Positions 50,199 to 59,246 of a stretch of 64,000 bases of DNA are shown piece after piece. The notes beneath the pieces are model-generated. The model was not told where the DNA came from. It saw nothing but the letters and a program-made list of their open reading frames with translations, and made no database searches. Source of the stretch: an uncultured Candidatus Rokubacteria bacterium (GTDB taxonomy: Bacteria; Methylomirabilota; Methylomirabilia; Rokubacteriales; CSP1-6); NCBI GenBank assembly GCA_963771355.1, contig CAVYTA010000006.1, positions 1,696,001-1,760,000 of the forward strand, written 5' to 3'. How positions within the stretch are numbered: the first letter of the stretch is position 1; each line of letters starts with the position of its first letter. The translations under genes and the position numbers were made by a program.

Positions 50199-51026
50199 GT
50201 GCTTCGCCGGACCACGGGCTCGAGTCTCTGCTATCGCTGCGGCCGTTTGAACCGGGTGGACGCGGAGCGCTGCTTCTACTGCGCCGCCCCGCGGCCCGGC
50301 CTCTGGGGCTGGGGGCATCTCCTCGGGCGAGTGGGGGCGGAGCTCGACCTCGCCCGCCTGGTCACCGTGGTCTGCGTGGTCGTCTACGTGGCCTCGCTGG
50401 GCCTGGATCCCGGCGCGATGTTTCAGGGGCGCGGGCCGTTCTCCCTGCTGGCTCCCAGCCACGGCGCGTTGCTCGCGCTGGGCATGACGGGCGCGCTGCC
50501 GTGGGAGGCCGGCCGCTGGTGGACGCTGCTCACCGCCATCTATCTCCACGGGAGCCTGCTCCACGGCCTCTTCAACGTGCTGTGGATCCGGCAGCTCGCT
50601 CCCGCGGTGGAGGAGGTGTACGGCCGGCCCCGCGCCTTCCTGCTTTTCACCGCGAGCGGCGTGGCGAGCTTCGTGCTCTCGAACGCGCTGGGTATCGGCT
50701 TCACCATCGGCGCCTCCGGCGCGGTGTTCGGGCTCCTGGGCGCGATGGTCCAGTTCGGGCGGAGCCGCGGCGGAACCTACGGGGTGGCGGTGGTCCGCCA
50801 GTACTGGCAGTGGGCGCTCGTGCTCTTCGTGATGGGCTTCCTGATGCCCGGCGTGAACAATGCCGCGCACGCGGGCGGCTTCGTGGGCGGCATGCTGGCC
50901 GGGCTGCTCCTCGGACACACCGGCACGCGGCCGGAGCGCCCCTGGCATACGCTCGCCGCGGGGCTGACGGCGCTGCTGACCTTCGCCGGCTTCGCCCTCT
51001 CGCTCTGGACAACCTTCGGCGCCTGA
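50199..51026 (+). CDS. Rhomboid intramembrane serine protease with an N-terminal Zn ribbon
   Basis: CYRC..CFYC, WWTLLTAIYLHGSLLH, GASGAVFG, AHAGG. Confidence 0.9.
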   Translation: MLRRTTGSSLCYRCGRLNRVDAERCFYCAAPRPGLWGWGHLLGRVGAELDLARLVTVVCVVVYVASLGLDPGAMFQGRGPFSLLAPSHGALLALGMTGALPWEAGRWWTLLTAIYLHGSLLHGLFNVLWIRQLAPAVEEVYGRPRAFLLFTASGVASFVLSNALGIGFTIGASGAVFGLLGAMVQFGRSRGGTYGVAVVRQYWQWALVLFVMGFLMPGVNNAAHAGGFVGGMLAGLLLGHTGTRPERPWHTLAAGLTALLTFAGFALSLWTTFGA

Positions 51027-51042
51027 AGCACGGCCGCGCGCG

Positions 51043-52992
51043 CTAGGCTCGGGCCGCCGCCTCGCTGCGAAACGCGGCGATCTGCTCCGGCAGGCCGAAC
51101 ACGCGTACCCGATCGCCCGCGCGGAGAGTGGTCTCCGCCGAGGGGTTCACCACCGTGTCCCCTTCCGCGTGCGTGATCGCCACCACGGTGACTCCCAGCC
51201 GCTCGCGGATGCGCGCCTCGCGCAGCGACTGGTCGGCGAGCGCGCCGGGGCCGAGGGAGATGTCGGCCAGCTGGGGCAGGTGGTCGCGGGTGGACACGTC
51301 CGCGGCCGCGCCCAGGACCATGGCGCGGTGGAACCGGTCGAGGTAGGCGAGCACGCGGTCCTGCGGCAGCGCCAGCCGTCGCAGCGCGTGACGGATCAGG
51401 GTGGCGGCGGCTTCCACCTCGGGCTGAATGATCTCGGTGGCCCCCGCGCGGAGCAGCGCGTCGAGGGCGGCGGGGTCGTGGGAGCGCACGAGGACGGGCG
51501 CGTCCTGGTTGAGCGTCCGCACGTTCCGTACCACCATGTTGGCGCGATCGATCTCGGGTAGCGCAACCACCACCAGGGTGGCCCCGGCCGTGCCCGCCCG
51601 CTCGAGCACGCGCCGCCGCGTGGCGTCGCCGAAGACGCAGGGCACTCCCCGCTCCCGCAACCCTCGGATGATTCCCGCGTCGGGCTCGATGACGATGTAG
51701 GGCTGCTTGAAGCTGTCGAAGGCCTCGCCGATGGCGCTCCCCACCCGGCCGAAGCCGCAGAGCACGACGTGATTGGCGGGCGGCCCCGCATCGGCCGCCC
51801 GCGCCCGTCGGAAGCCGCCCCGCCCGAGCCGGAGGCGGCCGATCCAGCCGGGCCCCACGCGCATCAGCGCCGCATTGATCAGGATGGTGAGGAGGGAGGC
51901 GGCCAGAATGGCGCTGTAGATGTCATGGCCCACATGGCCGGCGTCCCGCGCCACCTGGACCAGGACGAACGAGAACTCGCCGATCTGGGCCAGGCCCACG
52001 CCCACGAGGGCCGCGATGGACAGCGGTTCTCCGAACAGCCAGACCACCCCCGCCCGGATCACCGCCTTGCCCACCACGATGAGCACGACGAGCACGGCCA
52101 GAACGGCCAGGTTGTCGAGCACGGAGCGCGGATCGATGAGCCCGCCCACGGTGACGAAGAAGAGCGCCCCGAAGGTATCGCGCAGCGGCAGCAGGCGCGC
52201 CAGGGTCTCGTGCGCGTAGTCCGATTCGCTGATGATGAGCCCGGCGAGGAAGGCGCCCAGCGCGAGCGACAGCCCCACCGCCTGGGTGAGGGCGGCGGTG
52301 CCGAGCCCGATCGCGAGCGCGACCAGGAGGAAGAGCTCGGCACTCCGCATCCGCGCCATCCGGTTCAAGACCGGGGGAACCACCCGCGATACCAGATAGA
52401 GGAAAGGGATGAGGATGATGGCGGCCTTGCCCAGCGCGAGCGCGATGGCGACGAAGCGCCCGGGCTCGAGCTCGCCCAGGCTGGGCAGCAGCACCATGAG
52501 GGCCACCGCGGCGAGATCCTCCACGAGGGACAGCCCCATCATGATGCGCCCGTGATGGGAGTGCAGCTCGCCCCGGTCGAGCAGGAGCCGCGCCAGCACC
52601 ATGGTGCTGGACACCGAGATCACGACCCCCACCGCCAGGCTGGGCAGCACGCCCCAGCCCAGCAGCACGCCGGTGCCGGTACCCATGGCGATGAAGAGGA
52701 GCACCGCCAGCGGACCTCCCAGCAGCGCGATCCACTTGACTCGCATGAGGTCGCGCACCGAGAACTCGAGACCGATGGAGAACATGAGCAGCACCACGCC
52801 GATTTCCGCGAAGAGGTCGAAGGAGCGGGGATCGCTGACGGAGGGGCCCGGCGTGAAGGGGCTGATGAGCAGCCCGCCGAAGACATAGCCCAGAATGAGC
52901 GGCTGACGGAGCGCCCAGGCCAGTGAGCCCCCCACCACCGCGGCGAGGAAGACGAATGCGAGGTCGCCGAAGACCTGGGGATCCGAGACCAT
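51043..52992 (-). CDS. CPA2-family cation:proton antiporter with RCK_N and RCK_C domains
   Basis: AEIGVVLLMFSIGLEFS, LGAFLAG, LAQIGEFSFVL, CGFGRVG, C-terminal VTVVAI..NPSAETTLRAGD. Confidence 0.92.
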   Translation of the reverse strand: MVSDPQVFGDLAFVFLAAVVGGSLAWALRQPLILGYVFGGLLISPFTPGPSVSDPRSFDLFAEIGVVLLMFSIGLEFSVRDLMRVKWIALLGGPLAVLLFIAMGTGTGVLLGWGVLPSLAVGVVISVSSTMVLARLLLDRGELHSHHGRIMMGLSLVEDLAAVALMVLLPSLGELEPGRFVAIALALGKAAIILIPFLYLVSRVVPPVLNRMARMRSAELFLLVALAIGLGTAALTQAVGLSLALGAFLAGLIISESDYAHETLARLLPLRDTFGALFFVTVGGLIDPRSVLDNLAVLAVLVVLIVVGKAVIRAGVVWLFGEPLSIAALVGVGLAQIGEFSFVLVQVARDAGHVGHDIYSAILAASLLTILINAALMRVGPGWIGRLRLGRGGFRRARAADAGPPANHVVLCGFGRVGSAIGEAFDSFKQPYIVIEPDAGIIRGLRERGVPCVFGDATRRRVLERAGTAGATLVVVALPEIDRANMVVRNVRTLNQDAPVLVRSHDPAALDALLRAGATEIIQPEVEAAATLIRHALRRLALPQDRVLAYLDRFHRAMVLGAAADVSTRDHLPQLADISLGPGALADQSLREARIRERLGVTVVAITHAEGDTVVNPSAETTLRAGDRVRVFGLPEQIAAFRSEAAARA

Positions 52993-53158
52993 GGAGGCAA
53001 TCTAGCATGCACATCGCGGCCCTTCTCTCGCCTCTCGCGCGCCCGGACGGAGCTCCGGGTGCGCGGAGAGGGCGGGGCGACGGGCCGGGGGCTTGCCGCC
53101 CCCCTCCGATTGGGTTAGACCTGACCTGCAGGACAGCCGACCCGCAAGGAGATCACGC

Positions 53159-53506
53159 ATGCCGGTACGCGCGAAAGGCAAGGCCCCTGCCGCCGCCTCG
53201 GTGGGAAGTCAGATCAAGGAGCTCGAGGCGCGGCTGGCCCAGCTCGAGACGATGCTGGCCGAGCTGCGGTCCGAGGCCGGGAGCTCGAGCGGCGCGACGC
53301 GCATCCGCCTGGAGGGCGTGGCCGAGGCGGTGGCCGAGCGGATTGCCGCCACCAAGGCGACGCTCGGCGACTCCGTGACCCGTGTAGGCCGGGCGCTGTC
53401 GAGCTCGCGGGAGCGCGTCGAGCGCGAGGTTTCCGTGTTCACGCGCGGTTTCCGCGCCGGCGTGCGCGCGGGCCGGGCGGCGTACCGAGCGAAGAAGCGG
53501 GGGTAG
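53159..53506 (+). CDS. Small basic coiled-coil hypothetical protein
   Basis: SD AAGGAG before ATG 53159; heptad-like IKELEARLAQLETMLAEL. Confidence 0.65.
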   Translation: MPVRAKGKAPAAASVGSQIKELEARLAQLETMLAELRSEAGSSSGATRIRLEGVAEAVAERIAATKATLGDSVTRVGRALSSSRERVEREVSVFTRGFRAGVRAGRAAYRAKKRG

Positions 53507-53548
53507 AATTCGCTTGGAGGCCTCCCGCGGGAGGCCGACAATACCCTG

Positions 53549-54910
53549 ATGCGCTACGTCCTCCTCTGCCCCGACGATCTCCTCGAGCACCTCGCCGCCG
53601 GCACCACCTTCCCGGGCGACGCGCCGGTGTATCTCGTGTCGAGGCCCGCGCTGCGGGGGCGCCTGACCCGGGCGGGCGCCTCGGTGGTGGCCGGCGATCC
53701 CACGGATCCCGACGCCTACCGGAAGGCGGCGAAGCACCATCGCGGCGCGGTGGTGGCGGCCACGCCCAAGTCCCGCCTGGCCCGCGCGGTGGCGGCCGCG
53801 CGCGAGGCCTTTCCGGACGGGCCCGTGCTCGCGGTGACGGATGACGGGCGCGCGGTGCCGGGGGCCACCGTTGTGCCCCTCGGCGCCCTGGGAGAGTCGC
53901 TCATTCGCCCCGCGCTCGACCGGGCCTGCGGCCGGGCGCGAGTGGAGCGGATCCGCGAGCACTTTGCTGCCGCCGAGCGGGTACTCATCCTCATGCAGGA
54001 CGACCCGGATCCCGACGCCATCGCCTCCGCCCTCGCCCTGAAGACCTTGCTGGGCCGCACGCGGACGTCCGCGCCGCTCTGCACCTTCGGCACCATCACG
54101 CGGCCCGAGAACGTGGCCATGTGCAAGATCCTCGAGATCGAGGTCGAGGAGATCAGCGCACGGGAGATCGACCAGTTCGACCGCGTGGCCATGGTGGACG
54201 TGCAGCCGTCGTTCCTCGAGGAGCGCTTCCCCGACGTGGACCTCGTGATCGACCATCACCCGGTGGAGCGGCCCATCAAGACGCACATCAAGGACGTGCG
54301 TCCCGCCTACGGCGCCACCTCCACCATCCTGGTGGAATACCTCCGGGCCGCCGACGTGAAGATCAGCCAGCGGCTGGCCACCGCGCTGCTGTACGGGATC
54401 AAGTCCGACACGCTCGGCCTGGAGCGCGGCGGCACCAAGGCCGACCTCGACGCCTTCGCGTACCTCTACCTCCTCGCCAACCACAATGCCCTGCGCCGCA
54501 TCGAGCGGCCGGAGCTGTCCGACACCGCCCTGGACGTCCTCGCCCAGGGCCTGGCCCGGCGGCGGGTCCTCCACGGCGTCTTCTTCTCCCACCTCGGATC
54601 GGTGGCGGTGGCGGACCTCGTTCCGCTGTTCGCCGACTTCGGGCTGCAGGCCGAGGGCGTGGAGTGGTCGGTGGTGTCGGGCGTGGTGGGCGCCGAGGTG
54701 CACATCTCCATCCGCAACGTGGGCTATGTCAGGAGCGCGGGCGAGGTCGCGCGGGCGGCCTTCGGGGATCTGGGCTCCGCCGGCGGCCACCGCACCATGG
54801 CCAAGGCGGTGATCCCGCTCGCACGCCTCGGCGGCGAGGATGGGCGTGCCATCCAGGACCGCGTGGTCCAGCGTTTCCTGCGGGCGCTGGGCGGCAACGG
54901 CAAGGGGTGA
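53549..54910 (+). CDS. DHH/DHHA1 phosphoesterase with a degenerate N-terminal RCK/TrkA-like domain
   Basis: DPDPDAIASA, MVD, IDHH, GATSTI, YGIKSDT, SAGGH. N-terminal VVAGDPTDP..Y segment. Confidence 0.85.
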   Translation: MRYVLLCPDDLLEHLAAGTTFPGDAPVYLVSRPALRGRLTRAGASVVAGDPTDPDAYRKAAKHHRGAVVAATPKSRLARAVAAAREAFPDGPVLAVTDDGRAVPGATVVPLGALGESLIRPALDRACGRARVERIREHFAAAERVLILMQDDPDPDAIASALALKTLLGRTRTSAPLCTFGTITRPENVAMCKILEIEVEEISAREIDQFDRVAMVDVQPSFLEERFPDVDLVIDHHPVERPIKTHIKDVRPAYGATSTILVEYLRAADVKISQRLATALLYGIKSDTLGLERGGTKADLDAFAYLYLLANHNALRRIERPELSDTALDVLAQGLARRRVLHGVFFSHLGSVAVADLVPLFADFGLQAEGVEWSVVSGVVGAEVHISIRNVGYVRSAGEVARAAFGDLGSAGGHRTMAKAVIPLARLGGEDGRAIQDRVVQRFLRALGGNGKG

Positions 54911-54916
54911 CCGGCG

Positions 54917-55192
54917 ATGGTGGTCGTCTACCTCCTCCTGGTGCTGATCGGCGCGGCCACCGCCATCTTTGCCATCCAGAACACCGACCCGGTGGTGATC
55001 CGATTCATCAGCTGGCGCGTGGAGGGGATGCCGCTGGCCCTGGTGATCCTGCTCTCGGTGCTGGTGGGACTCTTCGTCGGCTCCACCGTGGGGCTGATCC
55101 AGCAGTTCCGGCTCCGCGCCCGGATCCGGCATCTCGAGCGCATGCCCCCGCCGAGCCCGCCACCGGCTCCGGCGCCGCCGCCACCCCCGTGA
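54917..55192 (+). CDS. LapA/DUF1049-family small membrane protein
   Basis: IFAIQNTDPVVIRF..W..PLALVIL. Confidence 0.85.
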   Translation: MVVVYLLLVLIGAATAIFAIQNTDPVVIRFISWRVEGMPLALVILLSVLVGLFVGSTVGLIQQFRLRARIRHLERMPPPSPPPAPAPPPPP

Positions 55193-55193
55193 G

Positions 55194-56543
55194 ATGGAGC
55201 ACACCACCGCGAAGCTCGGCGAGACCATTCGCGACCTCCTCGAGGGAGGGCGGCACGAGCGCCTCGCCCAGATCCTGGAGGAGGCGCACGCGGCCGACAT
55301 CGCCGCCGCCCTCCGCGACCTTCCCCTCGTCGAGCAGGTCACGCTCTTCCGCCTCCTGAACCGCGAGCAGGCGGGCGCGGTGCTGTCGGAGCTGGACGAT
55401 CAGCCGCTACTCGAGCTGGTGCGGGCCCTGGACGAGGCCGAGATCTCCGGCATCCTCGACCGCATGCAGCCGGACGATGCGGCCCAGGTCATCGAGGAGC
55501 TCCCCGACGAGCAGGCGGAGAAAGTCCTCGACCTCATGAAGGAGCAGCAATCCGAGGACGTCCAGGAGCTGCTCGAGTACCGGGAGAAGACCGCCGGGCG
55601 CATCATGTCGCCCGACGTGCTCGCCGTCCACGAGTATGCCGCCGTGGCCCAGGCCATCGACCATGTCCGCAAGGCCCCCACCGCCGAGTCGGCCCACTAC
55701 CTCTATCTGGTGGACGATCACGACCACCTCGTCGGCGTGCTGCCGCTGCGGCGTCTCCTCACCGCGGATCCGTCCACCCCCATCCGGCTCCTCGCCCAGG
55801 AGGACGTGGTGACGGTGACGCCGGACACCGATCAGGAGGAGGTCGCGCGCCTGGTCGCGAAGTACGACATCGTGACGCTCCCCGTGGTGGACCGGGACCA
55901 CCGCCTCCTCGGCGTCATCACCGTCGACGACGTCATCGACGTCATCCGCGAGGAGGCCACCGAGGACATCCAGCGGCTGGCCGGCGCCGCCGGCGACGAG
56001 ACCGTCTTCGACCCGCCCGCGGTGGTGTTCCCCAAGCGCCTGCTCTGGCGGTTCATCAATCTGGCCACCGCCATCCTCGCCGCCTCCGTCATCGGCCTCT
56101 TCGAGGGCTCCATCAAGTCGCTCGCCACCCTGGCCATCTTCATGCCCATCGTGGCTTCCATGGGGGGCATCGGCACCACGCAGACCGCCACCGTGGTCGT
56201 GCGCGGCCTCGCCCTGGGCGACATGACCTCGGCGCATCTCTGGCGCGTGCTCAAGAAGGAGCTCTGGCTCGGCCTCACCACCGGCGCCGCCAACGCGGTG
56301 GTCATGGCGGCGATCGCCTACGTGTGGAAGGGGCAGCTCCTGCTGTCCCTGATCATCGGCACCGCGCTGGTCTTCAACATGCTGGTGGCTGCGGTGGTGG
56401 GCGTCACCATACCCATAGCGCTCAAGACGTTTCGGATCGACCCCGCCATTGCCTCCAGTGTTATCATCACCACATTCACGGATGTCTGTGGCTTCTTCTC
56501 CTTCCTCGGGCTTGCCACCCTGCTCATCACATTCCTCCTGTGA
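55194..56543 (+). CDS. mgtE: Magnesium transporter MgtE
   Basis: HAADIA, TAGRIM, CBS pair, GVITVDDVID, FMPIVASMGG, IDPAIAS..TT.TD. Confidence 0.95.
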   Translation: MEHTTAKLGETIRDLLEGGRHERLAQILEEAHAADIAAALRDLPLVEQVTLFRLLNREQAGAVLSELDDQPLLELVRALDEAEISGILDRMQPDDAAQVIEELPDEQAEKVLDLMKEQQSEDVQELLEYREKTAGRIMSPDVLAVHEYAAVAQAIDHVRKAPTAESAHYLYLVDDHDHLVGVLPLRRLLTADPSTPIRLLAQEDVVTVTPDTDQEEVARLVAKYDIVTLPVVDRDHRLLGVITVDDVIDVIREEATEDIQRLAGAAGDETVFDPPAVVFPKRLLWRFINLATAILAASVIGLFEGSIKSLATLAIFMPIVASMGGIGTTQTATVVVRGLALGDMTSAHLWRVLKKELWLGLTTGAANAVVMAAIAYVWKGQLLLSLIIGTALVFNMLVAAVVGVTIPIALKTFRIDPAIASSVIITTFTDVCGFFSFLGLATLLITFLL

Positions 56544-56649
56544 TTCCGGGAGGTAAGAAAGCACTTGGCAAGCCCTTGGCGCGTATGTTAAACCTTCGCA
56601 CGTTGGCCTGCGCCTCACCGGACCGACGGCACCAGGGAGGGCTGCGAGC

Positions 56650-57279
56650 GTGGACGTAGCGCTGGAAAAGCGGCAGGTCAAGCGAGCCTACAAGCTGTAC
56701 GCGCCGGCGTACGATCTGGTCTTCGACTGGATTTTCCATCCCGGCCGTGAGGCGGCGGTCAGGCTGTGCGACATCCGTTCCGGCCACCACGTGCTCGAGG
56801 TGGGCATCGGCACCGGGCTCAACCTCCCGCTCTACCCGAAGTGGAGTCGCATCACCGGCATCGATCTCTCCGAGGAGATGCTGCGCAAGGCGCAGGAGCG
56901 CGTGCGCGAGCAGCATCAGACCAACGTGACGCTGCGGGCGATGGATGCCACCGTCATGGACTTCCCCGAGAACGAGTTCGATTCCGCGCTGGCGACCTAC
57001 ACCATCAGCGCGGTACCGGATCCGGTCGGCGTGCTCCGCGAGATGAAGCGGGTGGTGAAGCCGGGCGGCAGCATCGTGGTGCTCAACCACTTCCGCAGCG
57101 ACCGGCGGATGGTGGGCCGCATCGAGGACCTGGTGGCGCCCGTCTGCACACGGCTGGGCTGGAAGTCCAATCTCTTGCTGGAGCCGCTCCTGGCCCGGGT
57201 CGGGCTCGAGCCAGAGATCTCCGCCAAGGTCAATCTCTTCAACGGCTGGCGCCTGATCAAGTGCATGAATCGGAAGTAG
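56650..57279 (+). CDS. Class I SAM methyltransferase, PmtA-like phospholipid N-methyltransferase
   Basis: AYKLYAPAYDLVF, VLEVGIGTGLNL, GIDLSEEML, RVVKPGG..LNHF, LGW. Confidence 0.78.
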   Translation: MDVALEKRQVKRAYKLYAPAYDLVFDWIFHPGREAAVRLCDIRSGHHVLEVGIGTGLNLPLYPKWSRITGIDLSEEMLRKAQERVREQHQTNVTLRAMDATVMDFPENEFDSALATYTISAVPDPVGVLREMKRVVKPGGSIVVLNHFRSDRRMVGRIEDLVAPVCTRLGWKSNLLLEPLLARVGLEPEISAKVNLFNGWRLIKCMNRK

Positions 57280-57346
57280 CGCGGGCCGCCGGCGGCCGCC
57301 CGCGCCGCTAGACCGATCCCTCCGAGCCGAGCGAGGGGAGGCGGGC

Positions 57347-58360
57347 ATGGGCAGGATCGCCTGGCTCGCGGTCGCCATCGTCGTCGTCCTCCCGGCCATT
57401 CCCGCCGCCGGCTTGGCTCTGCGCACCGGCTTCTTCTTGACCGAATTCCTGTCCGACGGCCGCTGGCCCGCGCTCTCCGCCGTCACCGCCGAGCCCCGGG
57501 TACGGCCCCTCCCCGCGCGTGCCGGCGCGCGCGAGATCCCCGCCGACCTCTACGCGAGCGGCCATCCGGCCACGCGGCCCGGCCTCATCCTCGTCCACGG
57601 GCTCAGCGTCGAGGGCAAAGACGACGCGCGCCTCCGCGAGGCGGCGCGGCTGCTGGCCCGGGCGGGCTGGACGGTGGCGGTGCCGACGGTGGAGGGCCTC
57701 ACGCGGCTGCGGCTGCGCCCGGAGGACGCGGACGCGGTGACGGCGGCGGGCCGGGCGCTGCGCGCCGAGGGCGTCCGCCCCATCGCCGTGCTGGCGGTGA
57801 GCGTGGGCGCGGGCCCCGCCCTGGCCGCCGCCGCGGATCCCGCGCTCGCCGGGGACGTCTCCGCGGTGCTCACCCTCGGGGGCTACGCCTCCGCCCGCGA
57901 GCTGCTGCGCCATACGTTGACCGGGGCGGGCGAACGGGAAGGACGCGGACGCCCGGACGAGAGCGCCATCGCGGCCTTCGTGACGGCGAACCCCGAGCTG
58001 ATGGACGAGGCGGGCCGGCGGCTCGCGGGCAATCGTGACCCCGCCGCGGCGGACGCCCTCCTCGCCGAGCTGCCGGAGTCCACCCAGCGGCTGCTGGACG
58101 CGCTCTCCCCCGCGCGCTACGTGGAGGCCCTGCGCGCGCCGCTCTTCCTCGTGCACGGGCACGACGATCCCGCGGTACCGGTGTCGGAGAGCCGGCGGCT
58201 GGCGGAGAGGGCCGCGCGGGCGGGCCGCCCGGCGCGGCTCGCGATGGTGAGCTCGGTGGGCCACGTGGAGCCCGGAGCGGGCGGGCGCCTCGCCGAGCTG
58301 GCACGGCTCGGCGCCCTCTTCCACGCCTTCGCCGCTACTTCGGCCGGGCCAGTCCCATGA
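57347..58360 (+). CDS. Membrane-anchored alpha/beta-hydrolase-fold protein
   Basis: LILVHG, AVSVGAG (elbow-like), LVHGHDDPAVP, GH. Confidence 0.7.
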   Translation: MGRIAWLAVAIVVVLPAIPAAGLALRTGFFLTEFLSDGRWPALSAVTAEPRVRPLPARAGAREIPADLYASGHPATRPGLILVHGLSVEGKDDARLREAARLLARAGWTVAVPTVEGLTRLRLRPEDADAVTAAGRALRAEGVRPIAVLAVSVGAGPALAAAADPALAGDVSAVLTLGGYASARELLRHTLTGAGEREGRGRPDESAIAAFVTANPELMDEAGRRLAGNRDPAAADALLAELPESTQRLLDALSPARYVEALRAPLFLVHGHDDPAVPVSESRRLAERAARAGRPARLAMVSSVGHVEPGAGGRLAELARLGALFHAFAATSAGPVP

Positions 58361-59246
58361 GGCTGACCGCATCACGCACGGGATCGTAGTCGGCGTCGTC
58401 AGCCTCGACGAAGCCGTCGATGTTGTAGATGTTCTTGAGCACCGCCGCGTGCTCGGGGCCCTTCATGGCGAGAAGCGCGCTCTTCACCCGCGCCACCGCG
58501 TCGGGGGGAAGTCCGGGCCGAGCGCAGATTCCCGCCTCGGGAATCGGCGGGGTCTCGCCCACGAAGGTCAGGCGGGCGATGAGAGCGGGATCCTTGAGCT
58601 CCAGCTCGGGGGACTTGTCGAAGGACGCCGCGGCGTCCACCCGGCCCTGGATGAGCGAGCGCAGCGCCGAGTCGTGCGTCCCGGCGAAGAGGGCCTCCTT
58701 GAAGAAGGTCTTGGGATCGCGGTCGCGCACCAGTCCCTGCTTGATGAGGAGCATCATCGGGTAGATGTAGCCCGAGCTCGACGCGGGGTCCACGAAGGCC
58801 ACCGTCTTACCGCGCAGGTCCTCCACGCGCTGGATGCCGCTGTCCCGGCGAACGTAGAAGCGCGCGGTATAGGCGGTCTTGCCCTGCCAGATGTCGCGAA
58901 CCAGGATGAGGCAGCCCGCCTCGCGGTGGGCGAGGACGTAGCCCACCGGATGCACGAAGGCCAGATCCACGCGGCGGCTCCGCAAGGCCTCCACCACGCC
59001 CGCGTAGTCAGACGCCACCTGCGCGCGCATCGGCACGCCTGAGAGGCGCGTGATGGTCCGGACGAAGGCGTCGCCCGCCTCCTGGAGGGCGGCGGGATCG
59101 CGCGACGGAGTGAGCGCCATCGTGAGCGGGGCGTCGGCCGCCCGCGCGGCCGCGAGGGGGAGGAAGCTCCCCGCTCCCGCCAGGGCGAGTCCCAGCGCGA
59201 CGGGGAGGAGCGCGGCGAGCAGAACGAGCCCGCGCCGGCGGCTCAC
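58335..59246 (-). CDS. phnD: PhnD/PtxB-family phosphate/phosphite/phosphonate binding protein
   Basis: DYAGVVEALR, AFVDPASSSGYIYP, FAGTHD, DADYDPVR. Confidence 0.85.
   Translation of the reverse strand: MSRRRGLVLLAALLPVALGLALAGAGSFLPLAAARAADAPLTMALTPSRDPAALQEAGDAFVRTITRLSGVPMRAQVASDYAGVVEALRSRRVDLAFVHPVGYVLAHREAGCLILVRDIWQGKTAYTARFYVRRDSGIQRVEDLRGKTVAFVDPASSSGYIYPMMLLIKQGLVRDRDPKTFFKEALFAGTHDSALRSLIQGRVDAAASFDKSPELELKDPALIARLTFVGETPPIPEAGICARPGLPPDAVARVKSALLAMKGPEHAAVLKNIYNIDGFVEADDADYDPVRDAVSLMGLARPK

Noticed and set aside
56565..56582. Possible sigma54 promoter TTGGCAAGCCCTTGGC before the pmtA-like gene
   Set aside because: The -12 element deviates (TGGC instead of TTGC) and no enhancer is evident.
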